NCBI RefSeq assembly: GCF_009914755.1
Contig: NC_060947.1
DNA from: the human T2T-CHM13v2.0 reference genome, Homo sapiens
Reading direction: 5' to 3' (one strand)
DNA length: 64,000 bases
Shown piece by piece: positions 13,331-27,005 of this stretch. The position numbers and the translations under genes were made by a program. Position 1 is the first letter of the stretch. Each line of letters starts with the position of its first letter. The notes under the pieces were generated by a model. The model did not search any database and had not been told where the DNA came from. It saw only the letters and a program-made list of their open reading frames with translations.

Positions 13331-16246
13331 CAAGAAGTAATAGTTTGTCCAAATGAGAAGGAACCAGCATAACATTCCTGACAGTATGAAAAAACAGGAT
13401 GTAATGACATCCCCAAAGGATTAAACTAGCTCTCTAGCAATGGATTATAATCAAAATGAAAATTCTGAAGTGTTATAGAATTGAAAATATGAATTGTAAG
13501 GAAGCTCAATGAGATCCAAAGGCAAGTTGAAAACCAACATAAAAAAATGGAAATCAATTCAGGACATGAATGAAAAATTTATTTAAAAAAACATGAAAAT
13601 TTAATAAAAGCCCAGACAGAATTTCTGGAAAATAATTTATTGAAGGAATTATAAAATACAGGTAAAAGGTTTAGCAACAGACTAGACCAAGCAGAAGAAA
13701 GATCTTGAAGACAGGTGTTTCAATTAATCCATCCAGACAAAAATAAAGAGAAGTGTTTGAAAAATGAACCAAGCTTTCAAGAAATATGAGATTATGTAAG
13801 GTGCCGAAATCTATGATTCCAAGGTAATCCCGAGGGAGAAGAAAATAAAAGTCAAAAGTTTCAGAAATCTATTTGAGGGAATAATTGAGGAAAACTTCCC
13901 TGGTCATGCTAGAGATTTAGATATACCCATAAGAGAAGCTCAAAGAACTCTTGGGAGATACAGTGCAAGACTAACTTCACTGAGGCATACAGTCATCAGG
14001 CTAACCAAAGAGAAATGAAGGAAAAATTCCAAAAGCAGGGAGAGAGAAACATCTAATAAACGATAATAGAAATACTATCAGCGTAGGGGTAGACTTCTCA
14101 GCAGAAACCTTATACGCACAAAGATATTGGGGTTCTATTTTCAGTCTTCTTAAAGAAAATAACAGTCAGCCAAGTTTAGTTTGTATCCTGCTCAACTAAG
14201 CTTCATAAATAAAGGAGAAATAACATCTTTCTCAGACAAGCAAATGTTAAAGGAATTAATCACCAGTAAAAGACATGCTTAAAGGAGTTCTAAACATGGA
14301 AACTAAAGGGCAATACTTGCCATCATAAAACATGTGAAAGTATAAAACTCACAGTTCTTATAATGCAATAACACAATTGAAACTGCAAAGAAAGTAGGTA
14401 ACAATTAACATTATGATAGGATCAAAATCTCATACATCAATATTAATTGAGAACATAAATTGATCAAATTCTCCACTTAAAAGATATAGATTGGCTGAAT
14501 GGATTAAAAAATAAGACCCGATCAAATGTTGTTTTCAAGAAACCCACCTAACAAATAAAGACAGTTACAGACTCAAGGTAAAAGGATGGGTAAAGATATT
14601 CCACACAAACAAAAACCAAAAGCAAGCAGGAGTAGTTACACTTATATTGGGTAAAACAGTCTTAAAATCAACAACAACAATAAAAAAGACAAAAGAAGGT
14701 TATTACATATTGATAAAGGGTTCAATTCAACAAGAAGATATAACAATCCTAAATATAGATGCACCCAACACTGGCACACAGATTCATAAAACAAATACTA
14801 CTGGACCAATGAAAACAGATAAACAGCAGTAGAATAATAGTGTGAGACTTCAACACCCCACTGACAGCACTAAAAGATCACCGAGGCAGAAAATCAAAAA
14901 AGAAACTTTGGATATAAACGAGACTCTAAACCAAATGGACCTAAAAGGCATTTACAGAAAGTACACTAAAACAGATCATATGTTAGACCACAAGACACGT
15001 CTTAATACAGTTTTAAAAATCAAAAGTACATCAAGTATTTTGTCAGACCACAATGGAATAAAAGTAGAAATAAATTTCAAGAGGAAGTCTCAAAACTATG
15101 TGAAGATATGGAAATTAAACAACCTGCTTCTGAATGACCTTTGAGTCTATGATAAAATTATGGAAGCAATTAAAAAATTTATTGAAACAAATGAAAACAA
15201 AGACACAACATACCAAAACCTCTGGAATGCAGCCAAAGCAATGTTAAGAGGGAAGCTTATAGCATTAAATGTTTATATCAAAAAGATAGAACGATCACAA
15301 ACTGACAACCTAATATCACACCTCAAGGAACTAGATAAAAAAAAAAAACAAAGCTAGCAGAAGAAAATAAATGACAAAGATCAGAGCAGTACAAAATGAA
15401 ATTGAGAACAAAATGCAATACAAAGGATCAATGAACTGAAATTTATGTTTTTGAAAACATAAACAAAATTGAAAGATGGCTAGCTAAAATAACCAAGAAA
15501 AAGAGAGAAGATTCTAGCAAGCACAATCAGAAAAAAAGGAGATATTACAACTGGTACCACAGAAATAGAGACCATCAGGGATTACAGTGAGGATCTTTAT
15601 GCTAACAAACTAAAAAACCTAGAGGGAATTTATAAATTCCTGGAAACATACAATCACCCAATATTGAACCAGGAAGAAATAGAAATCCTGAACAGACCAG
15701 TAATGAGTAGTGAGGTTGAATCAGTAATAAAAATTCGCCCCAAAACAACAAAAAACACAAGGACCAGACAGGTTCACAGCTACATTTTATCAGATGCAGA
15801 AAGAAAAACTGGTACAAATCCCACTGAAACTGTTCAAAAACATTGAGGAGGAGAGACTTCTCTCTAACTCATACTACAAAGCCAGTATTACCCTGATACA
15901 GAATCCAGGCAAGGAAACAACAAAAAAAGAATACTATAGGCAAATATCACTGATAAACAAAGATGCAAAAATCCTGAACAAATATTAGCAAACCAAATTC
16001 AACAGCACATCAAAAAGACAGTACATGATCAAGTGGGTTTTATTCTTGGCATGCAAGGGTTGTTCAAAACACACAGATCAATAAATGTGATTCAAGACAT
16101 GAACAGAATTAAAAACAAAAACCATATTATCACCTCAGTAGATGCAGATAATGTGTTTTATACAATTTAGCATCATTTAAGATAAAAACTCTAAACAAAC
16201 AAGGCATCAAAGGAACATATCTCAAAGTAATGAAAGTCATATGTGA

Positions 16247-16560
16247 GCCGGGTGCAGTGGCTCACGCCTGTAATTTCAGCACTTTGGAAGGCCGAGGTGG
16301 ATGGATCACAAGGTCAGGAGTTCGAGACCAGCCTGACCAACATGGAAAAACCTCATCTCTGCTAAAAATACAGCAATTAGCTGGGTGTGGTGACCCGCAC
16401 CTGTAATCACAGCTACTCAGCAGGCTGAGGCAGGAAAATCGCTAGAACCCAGGAGGCAGAGGTTGCAGTGAGTCGAGATCGCATTACTGCATTACAGCTT
16501 GGGCAACAGAGAGAAACTCCATCTTAAATAAATAAATAAATAAATAAAAATAAAAAATTA
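16247..16560 (+). mobile_element. AluS inserted in L1PB ORF2
   Basis: Full Alu with (TAAA)n tail and degenerate TSD agtcatatgtga / agccataagtga. Confidence 0.95.
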
Positions 16561-17977
16561 GAGCCATAAGTGAAAAACTCACAGTCAACATCTTACTGAA
16601 TGAGGAGATGTTGGTAGCATTCCCCGTAAGAACTGTAACATGGCCAGGATGTCCACATTTACCACTGCTATTCAATGTAGTACTGGAAATCCTGGCTAGA
16701 GCGATATGGAAGACAAATGAATAAAAATCATGGAAATTGGAAAAAAAGGAAGTCCAATTATCTGTTTGCTTATGATATGATCTAATACCTAGAAAATCCT
16801 AATAACTGCTCCAAAATAATCTTAGATTTGATAAACGACATCAGTAAAGTTGGATACAAAATCAATGTACAAAAATAGTAATATTTCTATACACAAATAA
16901 TTATCTAGCTGAGAATCAAATACAAATACAATTTCATTTATAATAGGTACAAAAAATAAAAGACCCAAGAATATATTTAACCAAGGAAGTGCAAAATCTC
17001 TACAAGAATAACTGCATCACACTGATGAAATAAATCCTATATGACACAAACAAATGGAAAATCATCCCATGCTCATGCACTGGAAGAATCAATGGAAATT
17101 GGAAATTTTTAAATTTGGAATTTTAATTTAAATTTTAAATTTGGAATTTTTAAATTGGAAATTGGAAATAATTAAAATGACCATACTTCCCCCCAAAATA
17201 TACAAATTCATACAATCCCTATCAAAATACCAATGTCATTTTTCAAAGAAATAGAAAAAACAATCCTAAAATTCATATAAAACCAAAGAAGAGCCCAGGA
17301 TAGCCAAAGCTATCCTAAGCAAAAAGAATAAATCTGAAGACATCACACTACCTGATGCCAAATTACATTACGAGGCTATCATAACCGAAACAGCATTGGT
17401 ACTGGTATAAAAATAAATGCACAAATCAATGGAACAGAATATAGAACCCAGAAAAAAAGCCACATATTTATAGCTAAGTGACCTTAGACAAAGGGCATAC
17501 ACTGGGGTAATGACACCAATTCCAATAAATGGTCCTTGGAAATTTGGCTAGACATATGCAACAGAATGACACTGGATCCCTATTTGTCACCATGTACAAA
17601 TATTATCTCAAGATGGATTAAAGACTTAAATGTCAGAAATAAAACTGTACAAATACTGGAGGAAACCCTAGGGAAAAATTTTCTGGACATTAATCTAGCA
17701 AGGGATCCATGATTAAGACTTCAAAAGCACCAGCAACAGAGACAAAGATAGACAAATGCACCAAAACCTTTAAAATACAAGTTTGCTATTTACTTTCCTT
17801 ATATTAATACACATATTTGTTTTGTATTTTAAAATACACTAAAGAAGTCATAATACTGAAAGCACAAGAAAGTGGCAACCATCCATGAGTTAAAATAATT
17901 TTGAAGATCAATGCTTTAGGAAACTTTTTCTATTTCATTGAGATAACAGATTTTCTCACTAGACTTGTAGCAATTTA

Positions 17978-20900
17978 TTTATATATTTATTCATTTACTT
18001 TGTCTTTTTTAAGCTTTTCTTTTAGGGTCAGGGTGCATATGTAGGTTTGTTATGTAAGTAAATTGTGTGTCATGAAGGTTTGGTATACAGATTATTTTGT
18101 CACCCAGGTAATAAGGACAGAACTCAATAGGTAGCTTTTTGATCCTCACCCTCCTCCCAGGTAGTTTTTTGATCCTCATTCTTCCCCCAGGCTCTACCCT
18201 CAATTAGACCTTGGTGTCTGCTGTTCCCTTCTTTGTGTTAATGTGTACTCAATGTTTTGCTCCCACTTAAAAGTGAGAACATGCAATATTTAGTTTTCTG
18301 TTTCTGCATTAATTTGCTAAGGATAATGGCTTCCAGCTCCATCCATGTTGCTGTCGAAGCCATGACCTCATTATTTTCATTGCTGTGTATTATTCCATGG
18401 TATATATGAACCACATTAACTCTATTTAATCTACCATTGATGAGTATTTAGGTTGATTCCATGTCTTTGCTATTGGGAATAATGCTGCAATAAATAAACA
18501 AATGCATGCATCTTTATGGTAGAACAATTTATATTCCTTTGAGCATATGCCCAATAATGGGATTGCTCAGTCAAATGGCAGTTCTGTTTTAAGTTCTCTG
18601 AGAAATTACCAAACCGTTTCCACAATGGCCGAACTAATCTACATTCCCACCAGCAACGTATAAGCGTTACCTTTTCTCTGTAGCCTTGCTAGCATCTGTT
18701 ATTTTTTGACTTTTTAATAATAGCCATTCTGACTGCTGTGTGATGGCATCGCATTGGTTTTGATTTGGATTTCTATAATGATGAATATTGTTGAGTATTT
18801 TTATATGCTTTTTGGCTGCATCTATGTCTCTTTTGAAACATGTCTGTTCATATCCTTTGACCACTTTTTAATGAGGTTGTTTAATTTTTGTTTGTTGATT
18901 TGTTCAAATTCCTTATAGATTCTGGATATTAGACATCTGTTGGATCCATAGTTTGCAAATATTTTCTCCCATTCAGTAGGTTGTTTGTTTACTCCGTTGA
19001 TAGTTTCTTTTGCTGTGCAGAAGCCCTTTAGTTTAAGTTCCATTTGTCAATTTTTGTTTTTGTTGCAATTGCTTTTGGAGTCTTCGTCATGAAATCTTTG
19101 CCAGAGACTATGTACAGAATAATATTTCCAAGCTTATCTTCAAGGATTTTTACAGGTTTAGGTGTTAAATTTACATCTTTAATCCATCTTTAGTTAATTT
19201 TCATATGTGGTTTAAGAAACTGGTACAGTTTCAGTCTTCTGCCATCACTACCCAGTCATCCAAGTATTATTTATAGAATAGGGAGTCCTTTCCCCATTGC
19301 TTATGTTTGTCAATTTTTTTGAAGATATGATAGCTGTAGGTGTGCAGCTTTATTTCTGGACTCTATTCTGTTTGATTGGTCTATGTGTCTGTTTTTGCAC
19401 CAGTACAATGCTGTTTGGCTTACTCTAGCCTTGCAGTATAGTTTGAAGTCGGGTAGTGTGATGCCTCTATCTTTGTTCTTTTTGCTTAGGATTGCTTTGG
19501 CTATTCAGGTTTTTTTTTTTTTTTTTTTGATTCCTTATGAATTTTAGAATAGATTTTTTTTCTAATTATGTGAACAATGTCACTGGTAGTTTGATAGGTA
19601 TAGCAATGAGTCTGTAAATTGCTTCTGCTTTAGGTAGTATGGCCATTTTAACAATATTGATTTTTTTCTATCCATAAGCATGGAAAGTTTTCTATTTGTG
19701 TTATTTCTGATTTCATTCAGCAGTGTTTTGTAATTCTCATTAGAAATTTTTCACCTCCCTGATTAGCTGTATTCCTAGGTATTTGATTCTTTTTTTGGCT
19801 ATCACGAATCAGATTGCATTCCTCGTTTGGCTTTCAGCTTGGACCTTGTTGGTGTATAGAAAAGTCACTCATTTTTACACATTAATTTCCTATCTGGGAA
19901 AGTTGCTAAAGTTGTTTATCACATCTAGAAGCTTTTGGGCAGAGACTATGAGGCTTTCTAGGTATAGAACCATACCTTCTGCAAACAGGGATAGTTTGAC
20001 TTCCTCTTTTTCTATTTGGATTCCTTTTATTTCTTTCTTTTGCCTGATTGCTCTGGCTAGTACTTCCAGTACTGTGGTCAATAGGAGTAGGGAGAATGAG
20101 CCTCCTTTTCTTGTTCCAGCTCTCAGGAAGAATGCTTCTAGCTTTTGCCTGTTCAGTATGATGGTGGCTGTGGGTTTGTCAGAGATGGCTCTTACTATTT
20201 TGAGGTATGTTCCTTCAATGCCTAGTTTGTTGAGGGTTTTTAGCACGAAGAAATGTTGAATTTTAGCAAAATCCCTTCCTGCATCTATTGAGATTAATAT
20301 GTGTTTTTTTGTTTTTACTTCAGTTCATAGGAGGAATAACATTTATTGATTTGTGTATGTTGAACTGACCATGCATCCCAGGCATAAAGCCTACTCAATC
20401 ACGGTGGATTAGCTTTCTGATGTTCTCCTACATTCAGTTTGCTAGTATTTTGTTAAGGACATTTGCTTTTATGTTCATCAAGGCTATTGGCCTGACATTT
20501 TCTTCTTGTTGCTGTTATGTCTCTGCTAGCTTTTGGTAGCAGAATGATGCTGGCCGCCTCAAAAAATGAGTAAGGGAGGAGTCCCCACTTCTCAATTTTT
20601 TGGGAATTATATTAGTAGAAATGGTACCAACCCTTCTTTATACATCTGACACTGTAAACATTTCTTTGTGAATCCATCTGACACTGAGCATTTTCTGGTT
20701 GGTAGACTTTTTATTACTAATTCAATTTTGAAACTCATTATTTGCCTATTCAGGGATTCCGTTTTTTACCAGGAGGTTGTATGTTTCAAATAATTTATCA
20801 TTTTTTCTAGGTTTTCTAGCTTTTGTGCATAGAGGTGTTCTTAGTAGTCTCTATTTTTAAAAACATTCTGTGGCATTGGTGCTAACAGAATGGTCATTTC

Positions 20901-21990
20901 TGATTATGTTTATTTGGCTTTTCAGTCTTTTGTTTTTCTTTATTAGTCTCGCTAGTGGTCTGTCAGTCTTATTTATACCTTAAAAATACCAACTTCTTGT
21001 TTCATTGATCTTTTGAACTTTCTTTTTCATTTTCATTTCATTCAGATTAGCTCTGATTTCAGTTATTTATTCTGCTACCTTTGAGGTTCATTTGCTTTTT
21101 TGTTGTTATTACTTCTATGTGTGATGTTAGATTGTTAATTTGATAGCTTTCTAACTTTTTGATGTGGGAATTAGCACTATAAAGTTTTATCTCAATATTG
21201 CTTTAGCTGTGACCCAGACATCCTGGTATGTTTTACATTTGCTTATTATTTTTTGAATTAATAAATCAAAAAAGTCTTGATTTCTGCCTTAATTTCCTTG
21301 TTTATGGAAAAGTCATTCAGAAGTAAGTTGTTTCCTTTCCATGTAATTGTATGGTTTGAACAATTTTCTCAGCATTGATTTCTATTTGTGTGTGTGTGTG
21401 TGTGTGTGCTGTAGCACCAGAGTGTGGTTGGTATAATTTGGGGGGTTTTATTAGGCGTTTTTGGTTTTCTTTTTTTTTTTTTTTTTTTTTTGCATTTGCT
21501 GAGAATTGTCTTATGGTCAATTATGTGTTTGATTTTAGAGTATGTGCCATGTTCAGATGAGAAGAATGCATATTTTGCTCCTTTTGGGTGGAGAGTTCTA
21601 TAGATGTCTGTTAGTTTTATTTGCTCAAATGTTAAGTTCAGGTCCAGAATATCTTTGCTAGATTTCTGCCTCAATAATCTGTCCAGTACTGTCAGTGGAG
21701 TGTTGAAGTCTCCCACTTTTATTGTGTAGTTATCTAAATATCTTCATATGTCTCTATGAACTCATTTGATGAATCTGAGTGCTCCTGTATTAGATGCATA
21801 TATATTTAGGAAGGTTTTCTTGTTGAATTGAACCATTTGCCATTATGTAATGCCATCCTTTGTAATTTTTAAAAATGATTGTTTAAAGTCTGTTTTGTCT
21901 GAAATTAGGATAGCAACACTTGCTTTCTGTTTTCTGTCTGCTTGATAGATTTTTCTTCATCCCTTTACTTTGAGCCTATGGGTATCACTG
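17978..21990 (-). mobile_element. 5'-truncated older L1PA (nearly all ORF2 plus 3'UTR)
   Basis: ORF2 peptides GDFNTPL and [11 protein letters not shown]. 17-bp TSD agacttg(t/c)agcaattta at 17961-17977 and 21991-22007. Internal (TG)n and poly-T tracts. Confidence 0.93.
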
Positions 21991-22320
21991 AGACTTGCAG
22001 CAATTTAGGCAACTCACATTCCTCAATCCATTTTTCAGCTTTAAGTCTTTGCCAAGGTGGAAACCCTTCTAGTTTGTATATCTTTTTCTAAACATCTGAA
22101 GTCCTCATTTTATTATTGTCATTGTTTGAACTACAAACAAGATGTTTACTTTTTCAAAGACAGATACTTTTCAAGTACATTAATAGCCTCCTTTAGCAGA
22201 AAGAACAAATGGAACCACAGCATATTATAGGTGTCTTAAGTGTGATGTCTATAATTACAAATCTCATGGTTGGTAACAATATAGCAGATACAATCTTTTA
22301 GAAGTAAGAAATAACTAGCT

Positions 22321-22650
<330 letters not shown>

Positions 22651-22652
22651 TT

Positions 22653-22830
22653 AGTGTTTCTGAAAGACAATCCTAGGGGCGACCTGCAACCTAATCAGCT
22701 GGTGTGATTATTAAAATGTTGACTCGCAGGCCCCACATCAAACCTATTAAATAAGAACTTCTAGGAGTGGTAGTTGAGAAACTGCTTTTAAATGTAGTGA
22801 CTCTTATTTCCACTAACTGTAAGAACAGTG
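22653..22830. mobile_element. MER5-type hAT-Charlie MITE
   Basis: agtgtttctgaaa...ttaaaatg...gccccac...aagaacagtg pattern. Confidence 0.55.
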
Positions 22831-23595
22831 ATATAAATGTTAATACCCTACTGTTTGGAATAAATTAGATGTATGTTTGAATCCCATTTCTATCACTTAA
22901 TGATTTTACTTTTGTTGGCCTCCACCCTACTCATGTCTTGTCAATTCCCAACTCCCACCTCTCTTACACATTTGCTCTATTCCCAACTTCATCTCTTATA
23001 TTAACCTCTCATAGTTCAAAGCTGAGAATTTTTCAGTTAGAATTGCCTATTCACTATCTATGTGTATTCTTTCTAAGTCACCTCACCGAATGATGTCTCC
23101 TTTCTCACTGCACAAAGGCAATTGGTCTAAAGGGTCGTCATTTTGTTTCCTTCATAAACTCTAATAAAATGGCTGCTAATTTTTTCCCCTATACATGACA
23201 ACTATGTGGTTAGATTTTACTGGTTAAGTGAATCAGAGGAATAATTATTGTTGCTACTTGTTGATTCTGATTCCAACTCTTGTTACAACGTCAAATTCAT
23301 TGCACAATCTCAGGTACAAAATTTCAGAATAAAATGCTCCAGATATATCCAACTTTTCCCATCCCAACATGCAACTCTCCTCTGTGTACTCATGGACACC
23401 TCACTCCCACCGTCTCACCTTTTCTTCCTCATTCTATACCATCACAAAACTACAGATTCCAGCTTTGTGCCTGGGGAACGGGATTCACGAGCAGCTTCAT
23501 AGAGAAAGCTGCATTTAAGCTGATATTAAAGACCCGGCCACAATATGAGTTGTGTGGTGAGAAGTAGTGTTAGGTGTTTTATGAATATCATTTTA

Positions 23596-23730
23596 GTGTT
23601 TCTCAAAATGTGGATTTTAAACATGCAGATTTTCTAGCTCAATCCTAGCCTTAAAAAAATAGAATCCCTGAGAGGGGGGTTCAAGAACTTGTATCATAAG
23701 ACATCCTCAGGTGATTCAGCTATACTGCAG
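23596..23730. mobile_element. MER5-type MITE fragment
   Basis: agtgtttctcaaaatgtgg...atgcagatt...cctcaggtgattc. Confidence 0.55.
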
Positions 23731-23904
23731 GAGTCTATATTATAGACTGCATAAAGTTAGCCTTACAAAAATCAAAGTCATAACATTTTGCATGCTTCCA
23801 GACATATGACTCATAATTTCAGCTGTGGTGAAAACATACCTACTTGCTCCCATTATTTATAAGAAAGCATTGCATTCTCTAATATGTACTGTTTTCTTTT
23901 TTAG

Positions 23905-24084
23905 ATGTTCTTGAGAAAGACAACTTGGTGTGCAGTTGGGAAATAAAGGAGTTTGGAAGACAACCACAAATGGAGAAGAAAATGTATATTCTTTCAATGT
24001 AGCATATCAGAATGGTGAAAATATTTGAAAGGCTAGTTTTGGATAGAGAAGTTGTTGTAACTTAATGCTCAGGCTTTGGTGTAG
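23905..24084 (+). pseudogene. Pseudo-exon D (180 nt)
   Basis: gttttcttttttag| acceptor and TAG|gtatga donor. LL-*L(fs)M-L-RL-W at 24052-24079. Stops occur in all three frames. Confidence 0.55.
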
Positions 24085-24253
24085 GTATGAACTTCTATGT
24101 TGCATTTTCCAAATTTGTTTTTGAAGGACCTCTAACAAATGGCATTACATAGAAATGCACTGTATTTACATAGAATTTGAAATAAATGAAAATTAATTGC
24201 CCTTTCGGCTAATTTGTAGTGGACTCATAAAAATGCTTTTTTATTCTGTAAAG

Positions 24254-24385
24254 CCTGTCAATATTCAAATTCCTCCAGCATACCATCTGTTCAGTCTTTG
24301 GTGCATCTGCAAGTTCTATCTCAGTGACAGAGAGATTGGAGAGCTGTGCAGCTTTAGAATATTTTATGCACATTGAGACATTGAA
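24254..24385 (+). pseudogene. Pseudo-exon E (132 nt)
   Basis: ttttttattctgtaaag| acceptor and weak GAA|gtattt donor. One frame is fully open (LSIFKFLQHTICSVFGA...); another reads HLFSLW. Confidence 0.45.
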
Positions 24386-25004
24386 GTATTTTAAAAGTAT
24401 ATTACTACTGAAAAGTCTCATGATGTTTGTTCCCTAAAATGTAGGCATTTTAGTCAATGAAATAAAGTAATATTCATATAGCTGCCACAGGTTCTGTTAA
24501 TGTTATTTGTCTTAATTAAGAAATTATAGCTGTTAGTTTTCTTCATTGGACATTCTAGCTGAAATTATTGATACACCTTACAGACAACATCCTGATTTTT
24601 ATCGAAGTTTGTAATTTATTAATTACAAAAGTCCAAATATAGTTTGATTGCATGTTTCTATTTGAGGCTGTTTTTATAACTTTTAGGTGCTCATAGAATT
24701 CATTTTATAGGAAGATGTTATGGTTCCAATTTTACATGTTAAAGTTAGTATTTATATGTATTTTGTCCCTTCGACAAAGGAAAGTACATTTGTTCCAGGA
24801 GTTAAAAAATTTTCCCCACTAAAGGTCTCAAGTTAATCAAAGTATAGATTCTTAAGAAAATCCATTGTCACAAGATATCTTATTGAATTAAGAATTGCAA
24901 GTTGTTAAATTCCCATGACATTGTTTCCAGAGTTGACAACTAAAAAATAATTTAATGATTAAGTCATTAAAATGTATTTTATTGCTAAATGTTCATTATT
25001 TCAG

Positions 25005-25409
25005 AATTGGCCTGTTATCTATTTATTTCCTGATGGTTGCTACTATTTTATTTTTATTTTTAATTTTTGTGGGTACATAGTAGGTGTATATGTTGATGGG
25101 GTCCATGTACATGAAATGTCTGATCCTTGATAGTAAAGCAAGGATAACATCAACATTGTGTTACAGATTGTTTTTTCTCCTTGATGTTACCAAAAAAGCA
25201 TGCAAAAATAATGTTCTGATATTTAAAAGATGATTTGAGATACTGTGTTTAATACAATATAAAGTGGATAAACTTAGAAATGTTACTGTGGCTGCTATTA
25301 ATTGTTGACCTAATTTACCAGCTAGTGAAATGAGTTAGAATCCAAACTTCTTGAATTAACGTGAATGAATAGAACCTGTCTGTTTCAGAGGACATCTTCT
25401 CACAGGGAG
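25005..25409 (+). pseudogene. Pseudo-exon F, interrupted by a ~60-bp L1 tail
   Basis: ttatttcag| acceptor and GAG|gtaaac donor. Reads LL-SIY-F-L(fs)W, then YMKCLILDSKARITSTLCYRLFFLL...GHLLTGR. The phase-2 end joins in frame to exon G (R|WNQLPFDE). Confidence 0.55.
25046..25107 (-). mobile_element. Very short L1MA-type 3' tail
   Basis: Reverse complement reads catggaccccatcaacatatacacctactatgtacccacaaaaattaaaaataaaaataaaa, matching the L1 3' end at 37500-37555. Confidence 0.85.
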
Positions 25410-25521
25410 GTAAACAGATTCTTAAGGGAAAATGTTTCATAGATGCTATTAAATACACAAGGCTGAATTTGTTGCTTATTGACATTTTCTTAAACTAAAT
25501 AGTTTTTATTTATTCTTGAAG

Positions 25522-26362
25522 GTGGAACCAGCTACCCTTTGATGAAACATCAATGACAAGATTATTTTTGATGAAATGCCGAGCACTCGGTCAAAAAATT
25601 GAGTGTAAATTAGTATAACCATTGTGGAAAGTGGTGTGGCAATTCCTCAAAGAGCTAAAAAACAGAACTTCCATTCAACCCAGCAATCTGATTACTGAGT
25701 ATATACCCAAAGAAATATAAATCACTCTATCATAAAGAGATATGCACGCATATGTTCATGGAAGCACTACTCACAATAGCAAAAACATGGAATCAACCTA
25801 AATGCCCATCACTGGTGGACTAGATAAATCCCGATCTATCGTACACCACGGAATGCTATGAAACCATAAAAAGAATAACATCATGTTTTTTGTAAGAACA
25901 TGGATGGAGCTGGAAACCATTATCCTTAGCAAACTAATGCAGGAACAGAAAACCAAATAATGCATCTTCTCTGAAGTGGTAGCTAAATGATGAGAACAAC
26001 ATGGACACACGGAGGGGAACAACAGACACTGGGCCCTACATGAGGGTGGAGGGTGGAGGGTGGGAGGAGGAAAAGATTAACAAATTAGTACTAGGCTTAA
26101 TACCTGGGTGACAAAATAATCTGTACAATAAACCCCCGTGACACGAGTTTACTGATACAATAAAGCTGCACAGGTACTCTTGAACTAAAAAGTTAAGAAA
26201 ATTCTTTAAAAATAATTGTTCATAAGTGTAAAATAGGTCTAAGGGCAAAGGAGGGATAGAAAGTAGGGGCTGTTGTGCAACTAGACAAAAAAGCAGTTTC
26301 TCTACACAGTTTTTCTTGTGGACAATAAAGCAGAAAATGTCACTTATAGCCACCTAATGAGG
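25522..26362 (+). pseudogene. Pseudo-exon G, split by an L1 insertion (25602-26209)
   Basis: ttattcttgaag| acceptor and AGG|gtatga donor. WNQLPFDETSMTRLFLMKCRALGQKI resumes as VHKCK after removing the L1 and one TSD copy. SF-STQ-F-FL-W at 26295-26321. Confidence 0.55.
25602..26209 (+). mobile_element. L1PA/PB 3' end
   Basis: L1 ORF2 end and 3'UTR; TSD-like aaaaaattg (25593-25601) and aaataattg (26210-26218). Confidence 0.9.
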
Positions 26363-26769
26363 GTATGATGGACTCTAGCCTTCCTAATGTGCACATTTAG
26401 ACATCATGGCATTAGTAAGAATTAGTAGAGAGCATCCCTGGTAACTGAATGCTGATTTTCAAAGTGTCCTTGGCTTCCAAATAGCTAAAAAGGCATTGGT
26501 GAGCAGATGTCCACTGTGTGATGAAAAGTCTAATTGTATTTGCCTTGTCTAAGAGAGAGACAGCCAGGACAGTCAGGCAGGTCAAAGAATGTGGGCAGGA
26601 CTTACGTATTGCATCTGAAGAGAAAACTTGGAAAACTCAGTTGGATAGCTAATGAGACAACTTACAGGCCCCAGGCTGGGTCTGTGTCTGCAAAATAATT
26701 AAGGAAAGGTGAGAATTGAAGGCTTAACTCAGAAAATGCAGGCCCACAAACCTTCTGAACACTATCATA

Positions 26770-27005
26770 AAACACAGGAGCATTGAAACCAGACAGAACT
26801 GTGCTTTTGGATTCTGGCTATAGCATCTAAAAACTATGAAATTGGAGAAACTAATTCACCTCTTTAAGACTTAGTCCTCTCAGCCATAAAATGATGATGA
26901 TAATCATACCATAGGTTGCTGTGAGGATTATGTAAAATAATGTATATAAAAATAGCACTTAGTATATTGTTTGGTTCATAGTAAGAGCTCAATAAATATC
27001 AACAG
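26770..27005 (+). mobile_element. MIR SINE
   Basis: Core cctc...taaaatg...ggttgctgtgaggatta...agctcaataaat. Confidence 0.8.

Larger units (their letters stand above)
11128..17760 (+). mobile_element. L1PB-like element with 5'UTR, ORF1 and ORF2, lacking its 3' end
   Basis: caagatgg 5' start, ~1.7 kb GC-richer 5'UTR, endonuclease peptides (IKGSIQQEDITILNIDAPNTG; SDHNGIKVEIN) and RT region. Stops abruptly near 17760. Confidence 0.88.

Noticed and set aside
18129-18190. 30-bp tandem duplication in an L1 3'UTR (also an 11-bp duplication at ~49507-49529)
   Set aside because: Ordinary slippage duplications with no sign of function.
24612-24720. Extra AG acceptors (ttttag, ttttatag) between exons E and F; similar sites near 29987 and 32095
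   Set aside because: No convincing donor or motif-bearing frame follows, and such sites are common in AT-rich DNA.
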